Shown here in pieces: positions 20,248 to 39,619 of a DNA stretch of 64,000 nt. The notes under the pieces were generated by a model. That model was not told the DNA's origin, ran no database searches, and worked only from the letters and a program-made list of their open reading frames with translations. How positions within the stretch are numbered: the stretch's first letter is position 1; each line of letters opens with the position of its first letter. The DNA comes from the human T2T-CHM13v2.0 reference genome, Homo sapiens: assembly GCF_009914755.1 (NCBI RefSeq), contig NC_060925.1, one strand, 5' to 3'. A program made the position numbers and the translations under genes.

Positions 20248-21576
20248 TAAAGGGGCCCGCCACCACGCCCGGCTAATTTTTTGTATTTTTAGTAGAGACG
20301 GGGTTTCACCGTGTTAGCCAGGATGGTTTCGATCTCCTGACCTCATGATCCGCCTGCCGTGGCCTCCCAAAGTGCTGGGATTACAGGCATGAGCCACCTC
20401 ACCCGGCCTTTTTTTTTCTTTTTTTTTTTTTTTTTGAGACGGCTCTGTCACCCAGGCTGGAGTGCAGTGGCACAATCTTGGCTCACTGCAAGCTCCACCT
20501 CCTGGGTTCACACCGTTCTCCTGCCTCAGCCTCCTGAGTAGCTGAGACTACAGGTGCCAGCCACCACACCTGGCTAATTTTTTGTATTTTTTTAGTAGAG
20601 ACAGGGTTTCACCATGTTAGCCAGGATGGTCTCAATCTCCTGACCTCATGATCTGCCCGCCTTGGCCTCCCAAAGTGCTGGGATTACAGGCTTGAGCCAC
20701 CACGCCCGGCCAGCATATGGTATTTCTAATTGTCACCAAAAGCCGACTATGGTGTGTACTGCTACCAGTGCTTCACAAATAACACTGAGGCTCAAAAAGG
20801 TTAAATGATTTTCTAAAAGCCATACAGCTAGCTAGCAGTACAGCTACTCTTTCCACTGCACCTTTCTGCTGCCCCCCAAAACTTGGATGGCTGCTCCAAA
20901 GCCAGTACAATGCCTAGCGAGTTGTGTAGGGGTGGCCACTAGGACCTCTACCTCATTATCATTTTTTCTCTTTCCATACATGAAGTGCAACAGAAACAAA
21001 GTCATCAACTCTGATTAGCCAGCCCCTAACCATGAGTCCTAAACCCTATAGAAGAAAAGACCGAATGTTGCCACAATCCTTCTGTCCAACCACCTGAAGC
21101 ATATAACCAGGGTGTCAAAGAAGAGTCAAGTTCAAAGGTTCTAACTCTCTCTGCAGGTAGGACACTGTGGGCACAAGAACTTCAGCATCTACTAACAGAT
21201 CTCTAAGCAGCACAATACTCTATGCTTACCCCCTAAATTAAAAGTGCAATCCATTTTTCTTGAGCCCACTGGGCAGCTGTGCCTACTACAATCTAAAAAA
21301 CCATTCAGGGTGAAACTGTTAGTGTGCTGTAAAAAGAAATTAAACAATAATTTTTAAAAATAAATTTTAAAAAAGCCATTCAGGGATCCTCATCGTCCTT
21401 GCCAAGGCTACAGAGCTTACAGGAGGCTGAGGCAGGCCCAGCCTCATTCTTCACCTCTCCCACTCTTCCCCACATATCCCACTCCCCTCTGACTGCCCCA
21501 CTCAGTCCTGGGAGCGCCACAGGAACCAAGCTGCCTTATTCTGGAATTAGAATCCCTGGCCACCTTGGAAATTTAC

Positions 21577-21652
21577 CTCAAAGTTTTTCTGCCACTCTCT
21601 TTCCCGTTTGGCTTTTTCTTGAGCTTCAATCTCTTCTTCCCTTTGTCGTTTC
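21577..21652 (-). CDS. DNAJC8: DNAJC8 exon 8 (RKRQREEEIEAQEKAKREREWQKNFE)
   Basis: TCCTAG|G acceptor, GAG|GTAAAT donor, 76 nt. Confidence 0.97.
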
Positions 21653-22746
21653 CTAGGAGGAAAACCAGATCATAGTATTTATATGATACTTACAGACTGA
21701 ATTAACCATACAAGGTGGCATCTCCCCACAGAAGCAAGCATATATAGTAAATCAATTCCCTAGAAGTCTACAAAGATGGCTGTCTGGAAAGGGCTCATAG
21801 CATTTTCATGAATGTCTCATTCTAAAACACGCAGATCAGACTTGGGCATGGCTGTGGGGAAAGACATAAATATCCTTGTTACACAGATAAAGTAACTAAA
21901 GCCCAGCCAAGAGCAATCTGAGGTTTTGGGCTCTTTCAGTGACAAAGCTATGTCGAGAACACAGGCCACCTTATTTCAGCAGAATGACCATTATAAAGCC
22001 AAAGTTCTTAAGATCTCTGGACAAAACCCTATCCGAAAACAAAGATATTTCACACAACCTCAACTAGCAAATTTTAGTTACTGGTACCTACCAAGCAACA
22101 ATATAAAATACATACAGAAACAAAACTCGGCCGGATGTAGCGGCTCATGCCTGTAACGCCAGCACTTTGGGAGGCTGGGGCAGGTGGATCATGTGAGGTC
22201 AGGAGTTCGAGACCAGCCTGACCAACATGGTGAAACCCCGTCTCTACTAAAAATGCAAAAATTAGCCAGGCAGGAGAATCACCTGAACCTGGGGAGGTGG
22301 AGGTTGCAGTGAGCCAAGATCATGCCATTGCACTCCAGCCTGGGCAACAAAAGCGAAATTCTAACATTTCTGATGTTCAAGAGAAATCATATTTTAGAAC
22401 ATTAAACATTTTGTTACTGATGACACTACAGTACTATACACTCACCAAAGCTGTAGCCACTAGCCCCACAAAAGGTTCTGGCTTCAGTAACAATGGCCTT
22501 AATAACTGCTTATTTCACTCCAGGACATCAGGAAGAACACACACAAGGCTCTTGATTATAAATAAACTCCCTGGCAGCATGCAGTGGCTCATGCCTGTAA
22601 TCCTAACACTTTGGGAGGGCAAGGCAGGCAGATCACGAGGTCAGGAGATCGAGACCATCCTGGCCAACATGGTGAAACCCTGTCTCTACTAAAATACAAA
22701 AAATTAGCCGGGCATGGTGGTGTACACCTGTAGTCCCAGCTACTCA

Positions 22747-22893
<147 letters not shown>

Positions 22894-23087
22894 TCAATAA
22901 TTCTCAAAAGTCAAAGAAAAAAACTACTTACCCTGGTGATTCAAAAGCTTGACTGTTTTTAGGTAACTATTTTTATAGTCTCTTAAATGGTATACTATAT
23001 AATTCCCTCATTAGGAAAATCACCAAAGACCAATGTTAGTTAATCTAGGTATTTAAATATGGTTTAAATGAATATACTGATATGTAC

Positions 23088-23179
23088 CTTTCATGCATCT
23101 CTTTGGCTTCTCTCTCTTTCCTTTTAATTTCCAGCTCTGCAAAGAGTTTCATTGTCTGTTTATATACAGCTTGTTTGAA
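23088..23179 (-). CDS. DNAJC8: DNAJC8 exon 7 (FKQAVYKQTMKLFAELEIKRKEREAKEMHE)
   Basis: CTGTAG|TTC acceptor, AAG|GTACAT donor, 92 nt. Confidence 0.97.
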
Positions 23180-23428
23180 CTACAGGAAAATCAAGAACAA
23201 AAGAAAATCAGAGTAAATATTTTTACCAGCAACTTGAACCATGTACTTTCACCTGGAGTCCAAGATAAAGCAGATTAAAACCTGGCACAGGCTGTGCACC
23301 GTGGCTCACATCTGTAATTCCAACACTTTGGAAGGCCAAAGGCAGGAGAATCGTTTGAGGCTAAGAGCTTGACTGCCCTGGCAACATAGTGAAACTCTAT
23401 TGCTACAAAAAAATTTTTTTTAAAACTA

Positions 23429-23716
<288 letters not shown>

Positions 23717-25101
23717 TCAAAAACAAAAATTAGCGGGGCATGGTGGTGCACACCTGTAGATCCAGCGTTTCAAGAGGCTAAGACAGCAGGATCACTTAAG
23801 CCCTGGAGTTTGAGACCACCCTGAGCAACATAGTGAGATCCCATCTCTACAAAAAATATTAAAAATAAAACATTAACCAGGTGTGGTGGCGCACACTTGT
23901 AGTCCCAGCTACTCAGAAGGCTGAGGTGGGAGGATCGCTTGAGCTCAGGAGGTCAAGGCTGCAGTGAGCCATGACTATGCCACTGCACTCCAGCCTGGAC
24001 AACAGAGCAAGACTCTATCTCTTTTTTAAAAAAGTATATTATATGATAGTCTTACAATGATAGGAACAGAAGCTATTATTATTTATTATTATTGTTTTTG
24101 AAACAGGGTCTCAATCTGTCACCCAGGCTAGAGTGCAGTGGTGTGATCATAGCTCACTGCAGCCTCAACTCCTAAGCTGAAAAGATCCTCCTACTTCAGC
24201 CCCCAAAGCACTTGGATTATAGGTATGAGCCACCAGAGGTTATTATTAGAATGTATAATATCCACTAAGGTGGGAGGATCACTTGAGCCTAGGAGGTCAA
24301 GGCTGCAGTGAGTTAAGATCATGCCACTATATTCCAGCCGGGGTGACAAAGGGAGACCCTATCTCTAAAAAGAATTACAAAAAAATAAGTGAACGTAAGT
24401 GACCCAGCCCCTGTCACACTAAGTTAATGAAATCACAATGCCCTCCCTACCAGTTTTTAATTCTTTATTTTCAAGAGTTCTTAAGAACACAGCTTATGTT
24501 ATTCTACCTTTAAATATTTTTCTCCAGATATAAAGTATTTTAAATAGACATGGAAGTACAAAAGTAATCTGTCATGCATATTTAATAGTGCCTAAATTCT
24601 AAAATCAGACACTGGAGCAAAGAGTGATATATGGAGAGAAAGGAAAATAAAGAAGTCCCTAAATCTCTGTGACTTCTCTTTTATCCTGTTACCTGCTAGA
24701 CACTGCTCACTAAAAGCAATGCTTCAACCCCAGTCCCTAATAAAGACAAACATCAAAGGGATAAAGGAGTCTGTAATGAATAGCTCAGTATATTTAAAAG
24801 CTCCATACACGGGATAGACAGACACTGCGATTTTATATTTTTTATATTTCTCTTTTTCCAAATTTTCTATCATTAGCATGTGTTCTTTTATAATCAGGAA
24901 AAAAAAAAACAACTGAAAAAAATTGGGCCAGGTGCGGTGGTCCACGCCTGTAATCCCAGCACTTTGGGAGGCCGAGGAGGGCAGATCACTTGAGGTCAGG
25001 AGTTTGAGATCAGCCTGACCAACATGATGACATCCCGTCTCTATTAAAAATACAAAAATTAGCCAGGCTTGATGGCGGGCATCTGTAATCCCAGCTACTC
25101 A

Positions 25102-25233
<132 letters not shown>

Positions 25234-25256
25234 TTATATGTTTTAAGTTCAAATAA

Positions 25257-25508
<252 letters not shown>

Positions 25509-25741
25509 TGATCCACCCGCCACGGCCTCCCAAATTTCTGGGATTACAGGCGTGAGCCACTGCGCCCAGCCAAATAAAATGTTTTTTTAAAAAATAAAAA
25601 TTAGGCCGCGCACGGTGGCTCATGCCTGTAATCCCAACACTTTGGGAGGCCGAGGCGGGTGGATCACCTGAGGTCAGAAGTTCAAGACCAGCCTAGCCAA
25701 CATGATGAAACCCCGTCTCTACTAAAAATACAAAAAAATTA

Positions 25742-26167
<426 letters not shown>

Positions 26168-26171
26168 TCAC

Positions 26172-26243
26172 CAGCTCAGGATCATCCTCCTCTACAATTG
26201 TAGGTTTTCCTTCCTTCTTTAATTGTTTTTTTCGCTCTTTCAC
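26172..26243 (-). CDS. DNAJC8: DNAJC8 exon 6 (VKERKKQLKKEGKPTIVEEDDPEL)
   Basis: TTTTAG|GTG acceptor, CTG|GTGAGT donor, 72 nt. Confidence 0.97.
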
Positions 26244-27801
26244 CTAAAAAGAATTTTTTTTCATCAAAAGACGAGCATCTGTGCTTTGAGAATATCCACT
26301 GGGCTGTACACATACAATATATTTAACTTTCTATAGGCACGGGTATAGCAAAAAGTTTTCATTAAAAAAAAAAAGAGCCCCTCCCCTCCCTCCTCAAAAG
26401 AACAACAGAATCAAGGAAAATTAGGAACCACAAGTCCTTTTTCTAATCTCATCTAAAATCCAATCTACCAGGAAGAATGAAAGATGAAAGGGGACCAACG
26501 GGAGGTTGTCCCCAACTCATCAGATCCAAAAAGTCTTTGAAACAGACTACTTATTTACCTTTCTTGGCTTGTGGTTATGTGTTTAGAGCAAAGCAAATAT
26601 ATCTGTCAAGTTTTAGAAGAAGCTACAGAATCTGTGGCATTATGTCCAAGTAGTTTTTCTGGCATTTCTATAACTGCATTCTTGATCACTTTCACCATGG
26701 AACCTCCTTAAACCACATATCATATTAACTGATACTTTTATCACATTGGCCACTACTGAGATAAAAAATAAATAAATAAATATACGAATTCATACAAGAA
26801 TGACACTACTCCATGAACTAACCAGTCTATTATACCAGCAAAGGCCAAGTACCCTCTAAGCTCAGAAAGGCCCTACTGCCACCCTGTGGTCAGGAAGCCT
26901 AAGGATGACTTTCTTACAGGTGAAAGACATACGAAGCCACAATGATTTAAGGAGAAACTGTCAGGCACTTTCCCTATTTCTACCAGGATAGGGCCTACAA
27001 GTGCCATTTCCAACACATGACCCGCAGGATATAGTTATGGGCCCTTTGTCTCCTCTTCTTATCCATTTTCCTCACCGAAACTGGATTCATTATTATGGTT
27101 ATAAAGTTGTCTCAGATTTCAAAGCTCTTCATGTGAAAAGTCATCCAATCACAATTGAAGCAGCTCTTACAAATGACCTCAAGATTCTTGCCCCAGCAAG
27201 TAAAAAGTTAAAAGACCTTTCTTACCTTGGGAAAGCCATACTGACATTTCCCACCACATTGGAGACTTATGTATGCCCTCAAGAGCAAACAAAAATAACA
27301 CCAGCTACAACTCAGTTTCCTTCAACTGAGTTCTTCCCAACTCTGTTATTAAGATGGACATAAACCTCCTCCTATTTTAAAAAAAGTTTACGCCTATCCT
27401 CTTGCTAGCCTTTGCCAAGCCTTGTTGCAAACCCTTCACAGGGACAAGAATAAAAATCAAGAGTCAAGAGTCACAGGCTGCTCCACGTTTCCACTCTAAG
27501 AATGGGGTAAGTGGCAATATGTGATGAGAGGGAGAGAACAACCCTTTCTCCCCAACACAGGACTGGTAGGGAAAGAGGTAGGAGCAGTGTACCAGCTACT
27601 CCTCATCTGAGTTCTTCTCTTAGGGGTGAATTACAGCTTCAGGCACACACTATTCATGACCACCACAGCAAAGTGGTAGAGAGCACAGAAGTAGCCACAG
27701 GTTGTGCCAGTAGGCATTACTATGTTCATATGTACCCTTCTACAAGGTGCCCAAGGCTTGCTGATACTTCCTGTAAACACAGCAGCACTATAAATACTTA
27801 C

Positions 27802-27896
27802 AGTGTGTTCCACGTATTCTTTTCCTGCCTGAATTACATCCAGGGCCCTCTTCTTTTGCTCCTGATCCAGTAGCAACTTGTAAGCTTTGTCCACAG
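27802..27896 (-). CDS. DNAJC8: DNAJC8 exon 5 (AVDKAYKLLLDQEQKKRALDVIQAGKEYVEHT)
   Basis: CATTAG|CT acceptor, ACT|GTAAGT donor, 95 nt; overlaps track ORF 27631..27894. Confidence 0.97.
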
Positions 27897-28400
27897 CTAA
27901 TGCAAAACATTGAAATTAACTGTTTCTGCAAACACCCTCTGAAAGTCTGAACTATACTCAGGCAGTGTAAATGGACTTGTGCTCTCTAAAGCATTCCCTA
28001 CTTTAATTATTTACTGTCGTTAAACTAAGTTAAAAAAAACATTCAACTATAGCAATGACTTTCCTTAAGAGCCTTGGAAAAAATTAAATATATACTCAAG
28101 GCTAAATACACTACATCTGGATTTAATTCAGTGATAAAATTCTTTATGTTCAAAGAAAAAAAATGATCCTATGCAATAACAGTCTTTGTTGGCATATAAA
28201 AGTTTTAACAAAGCAAAGTTAAGGTCTACTTCTTAAACAACAACATTCTGCTTTGAAATGGCAACTGCTCTACTGAAAACCACAGCTTCTTGGTGACCAG
28301 AAGACAAAACTATAACAGTCTTTGCTTGATCTAGGACAAGGAACAGTTAGGCCCTGCCATTCACAATCTAATACTCAGAAGCAGGTAAATTTACAAATAC

Positions 28401-28467
28401 CTTCAAAAGCCTTTTGTGCTCTGTCAGCATCATCTTGATTTTTGTCAGGATGCACCAAGATGGATAA
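28401..28467 (-). CDS. DNAJC8: DNAJC8 exon 4 (LSILVHPDKNQDDADRAQKAFE), carries the J-domain HPD motif
   Basis: TTGTAG|TTA acceptor, AAG|GTATTT donor, 67 nt; HPD codons at 28444-28452. Confidence 0.98.
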
Positions 28468-29111
28468 CTACAATAAGAGAAAAGTTGGGGTTGTCAATAA
28501 GGGAAACATTTACTAACTTCCAGCCTGCCCTGTCTCGTTACAACCAAAAGCTCTAAGGTCCTACGGCAAAAAGAGACTCTTAGCAAAAGCATTTAAAAAA
28601 TTAACAAATCTCTTTAAATGCCCAGAAATACTGATCTTTAACAAAATTCAAGCACCAAAAGGTAAAGGTACAACTAGGAAACATTTCAGGTTTTAATCAC
28701 AAAGTTGAGACCAAACATGCCAGGCACAGAGGCTCACGCCTGTCATCCCACCACTTTGGGAGGCTGAGGTGAGAGGATTACTTAAGCCCAGGACTTCGAG
28801 ACCAGCCTGAGCAACATAGCAAGACCCTGTCTCTACAAAAAAAAAATTTTTTAATTACCCAGACATGGTGGTGGTCGCCTGTAGTCCAAGCTATTTAGGA
28901 AGCTAACGTGGGAGAATCACTTGAGCCTGGGAGGTTGAGATTGTGCCACTGCACTCCAGCCTGGGCAACAAAGTGAGACCCTGTCTCCAGGAAAAAACAA
29001 AAACAAAAACAAAAACAAAAACAAATGGAAGCCTAGCACTATGAAGATGTTGTAATAATTTGGGGGAGGAGGGAGACTGAAAGGTATCAAGTTCCTATTA
29101 TGTTCCTTATG

Positions 29112-29325
29112 CAGGTTGAGCACCCAAAATCCAAAAGGCTCCAAAATCTGAAACTTTCTGAGTGCTAACATGATGCTCAAAGGAAACGCTCATTGGAACA
29201 TTTTGAATTTTCGGATTAGGGATGCTCGACCATTATGCATTCTGCAAATATTCCAAAATCTGAAAAAATCTGAAATCTGAAATACTTCTAGTCTCAAGCA
29301 TTTCAGATAAGGGATACTCAACCTG
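29112..29325. mobile_element. Tigger4a/MER46-like MITE
   Basis: TIRs CAGGTTGAGCACCC / GGGATACTCAACCTG followed by TA; internal AATCCAAAA..CTCCAAAATCTGAAACTTT. Confidence 0.8.
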
Positions 29326-29987
29326 TACTAAGCACTAAGGTGGCTAAAGCAGGTATGAGACATCAACTCTCTCCTAAAAGAACTCCTAATCTAAAGCAGT
29401 TTCTCATTCTGCCTGTGCTCCAACCCTGTGAAGCTTCTGAAAAAGACAACATTCTAATTTCCACCCTCAGACCTTCTGAGTTAGTCTTTGGCATCTGCAC
29501 TTTGTAAACCTCTACTAGACTGGGTTTCAGATGATCGTAGGGAATTAGCCCTTATTTTGTTAGGTGGGATAAGTGATTATGCAAGAAAATGTCCTTTTTT
29601 TGGGAAGGGTACAAGCTGAAGTATTTAGGGGTAAAGCATCATGGTTTATTGCAATTTACAATGATTCAGCCAAAAATATATAGTTAAATATATAGTCAGT
29701 GTCTGCCAGGAGCAGTGGCTCCCGCCTGTAATCCCAGCACTTTGGAAGGCTGAGGCTGGCAGATCACTTGAGGTCAGGAGTTCGAGACCAGCCTGGCCTA
29801 CATGGTGAAACCCCGTCTCTACTAAAAATACAAAAATTTGGCAGGCACAGTGGCACACATCTATAATACCAGCTACTCAGGACGCTGAGGCAAGAGAATC
29901 ACTTGAACTCAGGAGGTGGAGGCTGCCGTGAGCCAAGATCGCAACACTGTACTGCAACCTGGGTGACAGAGCCGGACTCCGTCTCAA

Positions 29988-29998
29988 TAAATAAATAA

Positions 29999-30048
<50 letters not shown>
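29988..30048. repeat. (AAAT)n(AT)~22 microsatellite in an Alu tail
   Basis: Read directly from sequence. Confidence 0.95.
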
Positions 30049-30052
<4 letters not shown>

Positions 30053-31600
30053 GAAATTAACTATTCAATATAGATGGTGGATACATGAATATTCGTTGTT
30101 CTATTCTTTTTTTTTTTTTTTTTTTTGAGACAGAGTGTTGCTCTATCATCCAGGCTGGAGTGCAATGGTGCTATCCCAGCTCACTGCAGCCTCAATCTCC
30201 TGGACTCAAGTGATCCTCCCACCTCAGCCTTCTGAGTAGCTGGGACTACAGGCACGGCTAATTTTTGGCTTTTGCTGTTGTTGTTTTTCGTTTTTTGTAG
30301 AGACGGGGTTTCACCATGTTGCCCAGGCTGGTCACGAACTCCTGAGCTCAAGCAATCTGCCCGACTCAATGTCCCAAAATACTAGGATTACAGGCATGAG
30401 CCACTATGCTTGTCCATTCTTTTTTCTATATAAAATTTTTATAATAAACCAGCTAAAAAAAAAAGAACTTTCATAGGTAATTCAGATACTCACAGTTAAA
30501 AACCATGACATATTGTCAATTGACAGAAACCAACTAGTTGGAACCCAGGGAACTATGTCGGGGAATGAGAACAAATGGGAATCTAACGCTCCGTTCAGCA
30601 TTACTGGAACCATTATGCTGGGTTCTAATTCCAACTTCAATCACCTACTAGCTATGAGACCTCGAGCAAATCACTTAACCTATCTCTGCCTCCGCTTCCT
30701 GCTCTGTAAATGAGATAATACTATGTACCTATATCTAATTGGGCTGATATAAGAATGAAACAAACAATGCAAGTAAAGAAATTAGCAGACTAACACACGC
30801 TGACAATAGTTAGCATATAGTGAGGATACATTATGTGCCAAGAGTTACTCTAAATGCCTTCTGTGTAATACATCATTTAAATTCTTACAACAAACTCATG
30901 GGATAGACACCATTATTACATTTTACAAACGGGGTAACAGACACGGAAAGGTTAAATGTAACTTGCTCAAGTTTACACTGCTTGTTAAGTGGTACAGTCA
31001 AGATTTAAACTAGTTGTATAGCTCCAATATGCACACTCTTAACTATCAGTCCATATTAATGATTTATTAAGAATTCTTAACTCTTATTATTTATGTAGCT
31101 ACATAAAAAATTGTTTTGACTATGAACTTAAATGCTTATTAATATGGGAATGATTAGTAATGCATATTAGAAAATTTGAAATTTTAGAAAAAGGAAAAAG
31201 CTAAATATAAGTATAGAGTAGAGCTTAGGAAGGAAAAAAAAAAGCTATAAAGTTATATAATGGGATATGATTACGTAGACCAAGTTAAAAAACATCTTGG
31301 CTTAACTGTAGATCAGAAAATGACTATGAGTCAGCAATATGGGGAAAATTACTGTACTGAAGAAACAAGCACACCACTGGATATTAACAAGTATCTCATC
31401 AGAAGCTGAAAATTACATTCAGCTCTGGTCAGACCCTATTAAAATATGAAGTACATAAGACTATAAAGAAGCTAAGGAAAGTTTTTTTAAAAGACATGGA
31501 ATATATAGAAAATCCAATTTGCAAAGGCAAATTATAGGGACTACGATTATTCAACTCAGAAAAAAAGGTAGCCAGGCACGGTGGCTCATGCCTGTAATCA

Positions 31601-31822
<222 letters not shown>

Positions 31823-32204
31823 CTAGGTGACAGAGTGAGACCCTGTCTCAAAAAATAATAATAATTTTTAAGAAAAAAAGGCTGGGGGGAGGGTTACTCA
31901 GCTGTCAAAACTGGAAGGATTTTTTTTTTAAGTTTACTTTAAAACTTTGTAGTTCCAGTTATTAAACCTACGAATGGGCAAGATTCAGAAGCTATAGATC
32001 TCCTTTCCTGGAGAACTTTCAAAAAGCACTCTTTATACCAGTTATCTCTTAGGTATTCATTTAAGTTGGCAAAAGATAAAATTACGGCCGGGTGCAGTGG
32101 CTCACACCGGTAATTCCTGCATTTTGGGGAGGCTGAAGCAGGTAGATCACTTGAGGTCAGGAGTTCGTCACCAGCCTGGCCAACATAGGGAAACTCTGTC
32201 TCTA

Positions 32205-32432
<228 letters not shown>

Positions 32433-32773
32433 CTATGAATCATTTGATATGTTCCCTCCTAGAAGACAGGGGGTTTGGTAGTTACAACTCCATGCAAGCT
32501 CTATTATTCTACTTTATACTTATCCCTCTTAATTAAGGAGTTGCAGAGATTCTATTTGGATATAAAATTCATTCTATTCATAGGTAAGCTATGGTCATTA
32601 AATTATTTAAGATTTTATATATTATTATGAGCTTTTTTTTACAAAACAGTTACACAGCCTTAAAAAAAAGTTAAATTTTGGCCCAAACATATCAAGTCAA
32701 TAATAGCAAGTGATAAAAGAATCATGTGCTTCATACATTTTCAAAAAGTTCAAACAGGGAAATAGTACTGTAC

Positions 32774-32830
32774 CTGCCGAAACCTCTTTTTTATTTCTTC
32801 ATCTGTAACTTCAGGATCTATCTGAAGAAC
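32774..32830 (-). CDS. DNAJC8: DNAJC8 exon 3 (VLQIDPEVTDEEIKKRFRQ), J-domain helices I-II
   Basis: TTCCAG|GTT acceptor, CAG|GTACAG donor, 57 nt. Confidence 0.97.
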
Positions 32831-33326
32831 CTGGAAGTATCAAAATCAAAACCATAAAAAAGGTGAAAATAAATTACATGTATATTTAAGAGTTGCTCAG
32901 TAATTATATATATTATAATCAGCATCTAGAATAGTACCCCATGTTCTAGAACACAGGCTGGCACACAGTTCTAGAAATTGCTAAAGAAATATGAATGATC
33001 AAATCAACAGAATAACAATTATATTGTCTTATGGTACTCAAATAACATAATGCTTATTTTCATCATAAAAATAATAATTTATTTTACACCCAGAGACATT
33101 TTTACATGAGAAAATTTTGCATTTCTCCTTCATTCATTAAAAGAGTTTAACTCCCCCTCCCTTTATTTTTGCAAATGTCGAGAAACCGTAATAACTCAAA
33201 AAAGAAAAAAATAGCCCAATGGACACTTTATAATTTACAAGGCCCAGTGGTTCTCAATCAGAGTGAATATTAGAATCACCTGTGGAAACCTGTGAGCAAT
33301 GGCTGGCCCACTCTACGAAAGTCTGA

Positions 33327-37520
<4,194 letters not shown>

Positions 37521-38235
37521 CTTTTTTTCTTTCTTTCTTGAGACAGAGTCTTGTTCTGTCAAGTGCAGTGGAGCAATCTCAGCTCACTTCAACCTCCGCC
37601 TCCTGGGTTCAAGCAATTCTCCTGCCTCAGCCTCCTGAATAGCTGGGACTTCAGGTGTTTGCCACCATGCCCAGCTAATTTTTTGTATTTCAGTAGAGAT
37701 GGGGTTTCACCATGTTGGCCAGGCTGGTCTCAAACTCCTGAACTCAGGCAATCTGCTCACCTCAGCCTCCCAAAGTGCTAGGATTACAGGCGTGAGCCAC
37801 TGTGCCCGGCCTTTCTATTCTTTCTTAGTGTTATTTTCCAATGGGTGATAGTGTTGTGGTTACACGGAATTGTTCTTGTTTCGAGGAGATGCATGCTAAA
37901 GTATTTAGGCATTAAGTGTTAACAACACCTGGAGCTTACTTTCACCACATGATTGGGCAAAAAGGAGGAGAGTATATATACCTACATACACATACAAACA
38001 CACACTCCAAAAGTTATTTTTCCAAGAGTTATATCAGAACAAATATTCACTGAGTGCCTTCAAAGCCAATCCAACTCCTCTTTTGTCTTTAAGAGCTGGA
38101 GGTGCCACACGTGGCATGGTGAAGACAATGGACTTTTACCTGCGGCCGGTCCTCTTTGAAGCCAGCTTTATACATTCAGTACCAACTTGTAGAGCACAAA
38201 AATTTTCTAAGATAGCTAGATACTGTGCTCACTAC

Positions 38236-38558
38236 TTTTCTTAGTCTGTTTTGTGTTGCCAGAACAGAATCCCATACAGTGGGCACTTTATAAAGAAAAG
38301 AAATGTATTTCTTATACTTCTGTAGGCTGGGAAGTTCAAGGTTGAGTGGCCGTCATCAGGTAAGGGCAAGAGGGGGCTAAACTCACATATGTAACAAGTC
38401 TATTCTTGAGATAACTAATCCACTCCCAAGATGAGGACATTAATCCAATTGTGAGGGCAGAGACCTAATCACCTCTTATTAGGCCCTACCCTGAAAAGCT
38501 GTTGCATTGGGATTAAATTTCTAACACATGAATTTGGGGGACACATTCTAACCACAGC
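38236..38558 (-). mobile_element. MaLR (MST/MLT1A-like) LTR, internally deleted
   Basis: TCTTAGTCTGTTTTGTGTTGC..ATAAAGAAAAGAAATGTATTTCTTA..GGCTGGGAAGTTCAAG; ends CACATGAATTTGGGGGACACATTC. Confidence 0.75.
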
Positions 38559-38986
38559 TCTACTGTCCTCACAGAATTTAAGAATTACTGTTCTCACAGT
38601 AGATAAGGGAGAGACAAGTAACAAGTAATTCTGACAAAAATGATAAATGCCTTATTACCAACATGGCTCCAAGCACACAGGTCTGTTCAGATTCTTGGAA
38701 GGTTTTTCTGAACTCCTGTTGCGTCTCAGGCTTTTAGGATATGGAGGGAGAGACCCACAGTTTTGAACCTCAGGGAGCTAATTAATCATCACACAGAAAC
38801 AAAAATGCTTAACTGTTGCATTCAGATAAGTTCCTGAACTCAAAATGTAACAGCCATCTCCTTTAGGATCTTCTGCTTGAAAAAGGAATCCAGGCTGGGC
38901 GCGGTGGCTCACGCCTGTAATCCCAGCACTTTGGGAGGCTGAGGCGGGTGGATCACGAGGTCAGGAGATCGAGACCATCCTGGCTA

Positions 38987-39215
<229 letters not shown>

Positions 39216-39619
39216 TCAGGGAGTCCTGCCCACTCAAACACAATCTTGCAGCTTTCAGAGCGTGCAAACTCACCATATCGTCACACATCTAAACATACTT
39301 CCTATAGTGAGAACAAAGGCTACAGGGCAATGAGTTCCACTTTCAGAACTACAATAACTAATAGGGCACTAAAATCCTAGCGTTTCACACTGATGCCCAA
39401 CAATCTGTCCCTTCTCATCCATCAGGTCCCCACAGGAGATACTAATTACCTTAACAAAAAATAAATTATATGGTCATATGTTCCCTTTCATGGTACTATG
39501 CTCGATTTTAAAGTATGGCTAGATAGAAAGAACATACCATAAATTCTTTATCATCTCTCCAGCAAATCATCTTCCCCTAGGCCCTCCCCAAAATCATATC
39601 AAAAGTACTCTTCAATATT

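Noticed and set aside
27631-27801. Extension of DNAJC8 exon 5 into intron 5 (track ORF, 87 aa)
   Set aside because: Strong donor at 27802; read-through gives a premature stop upstream of several junctions (NMD target)
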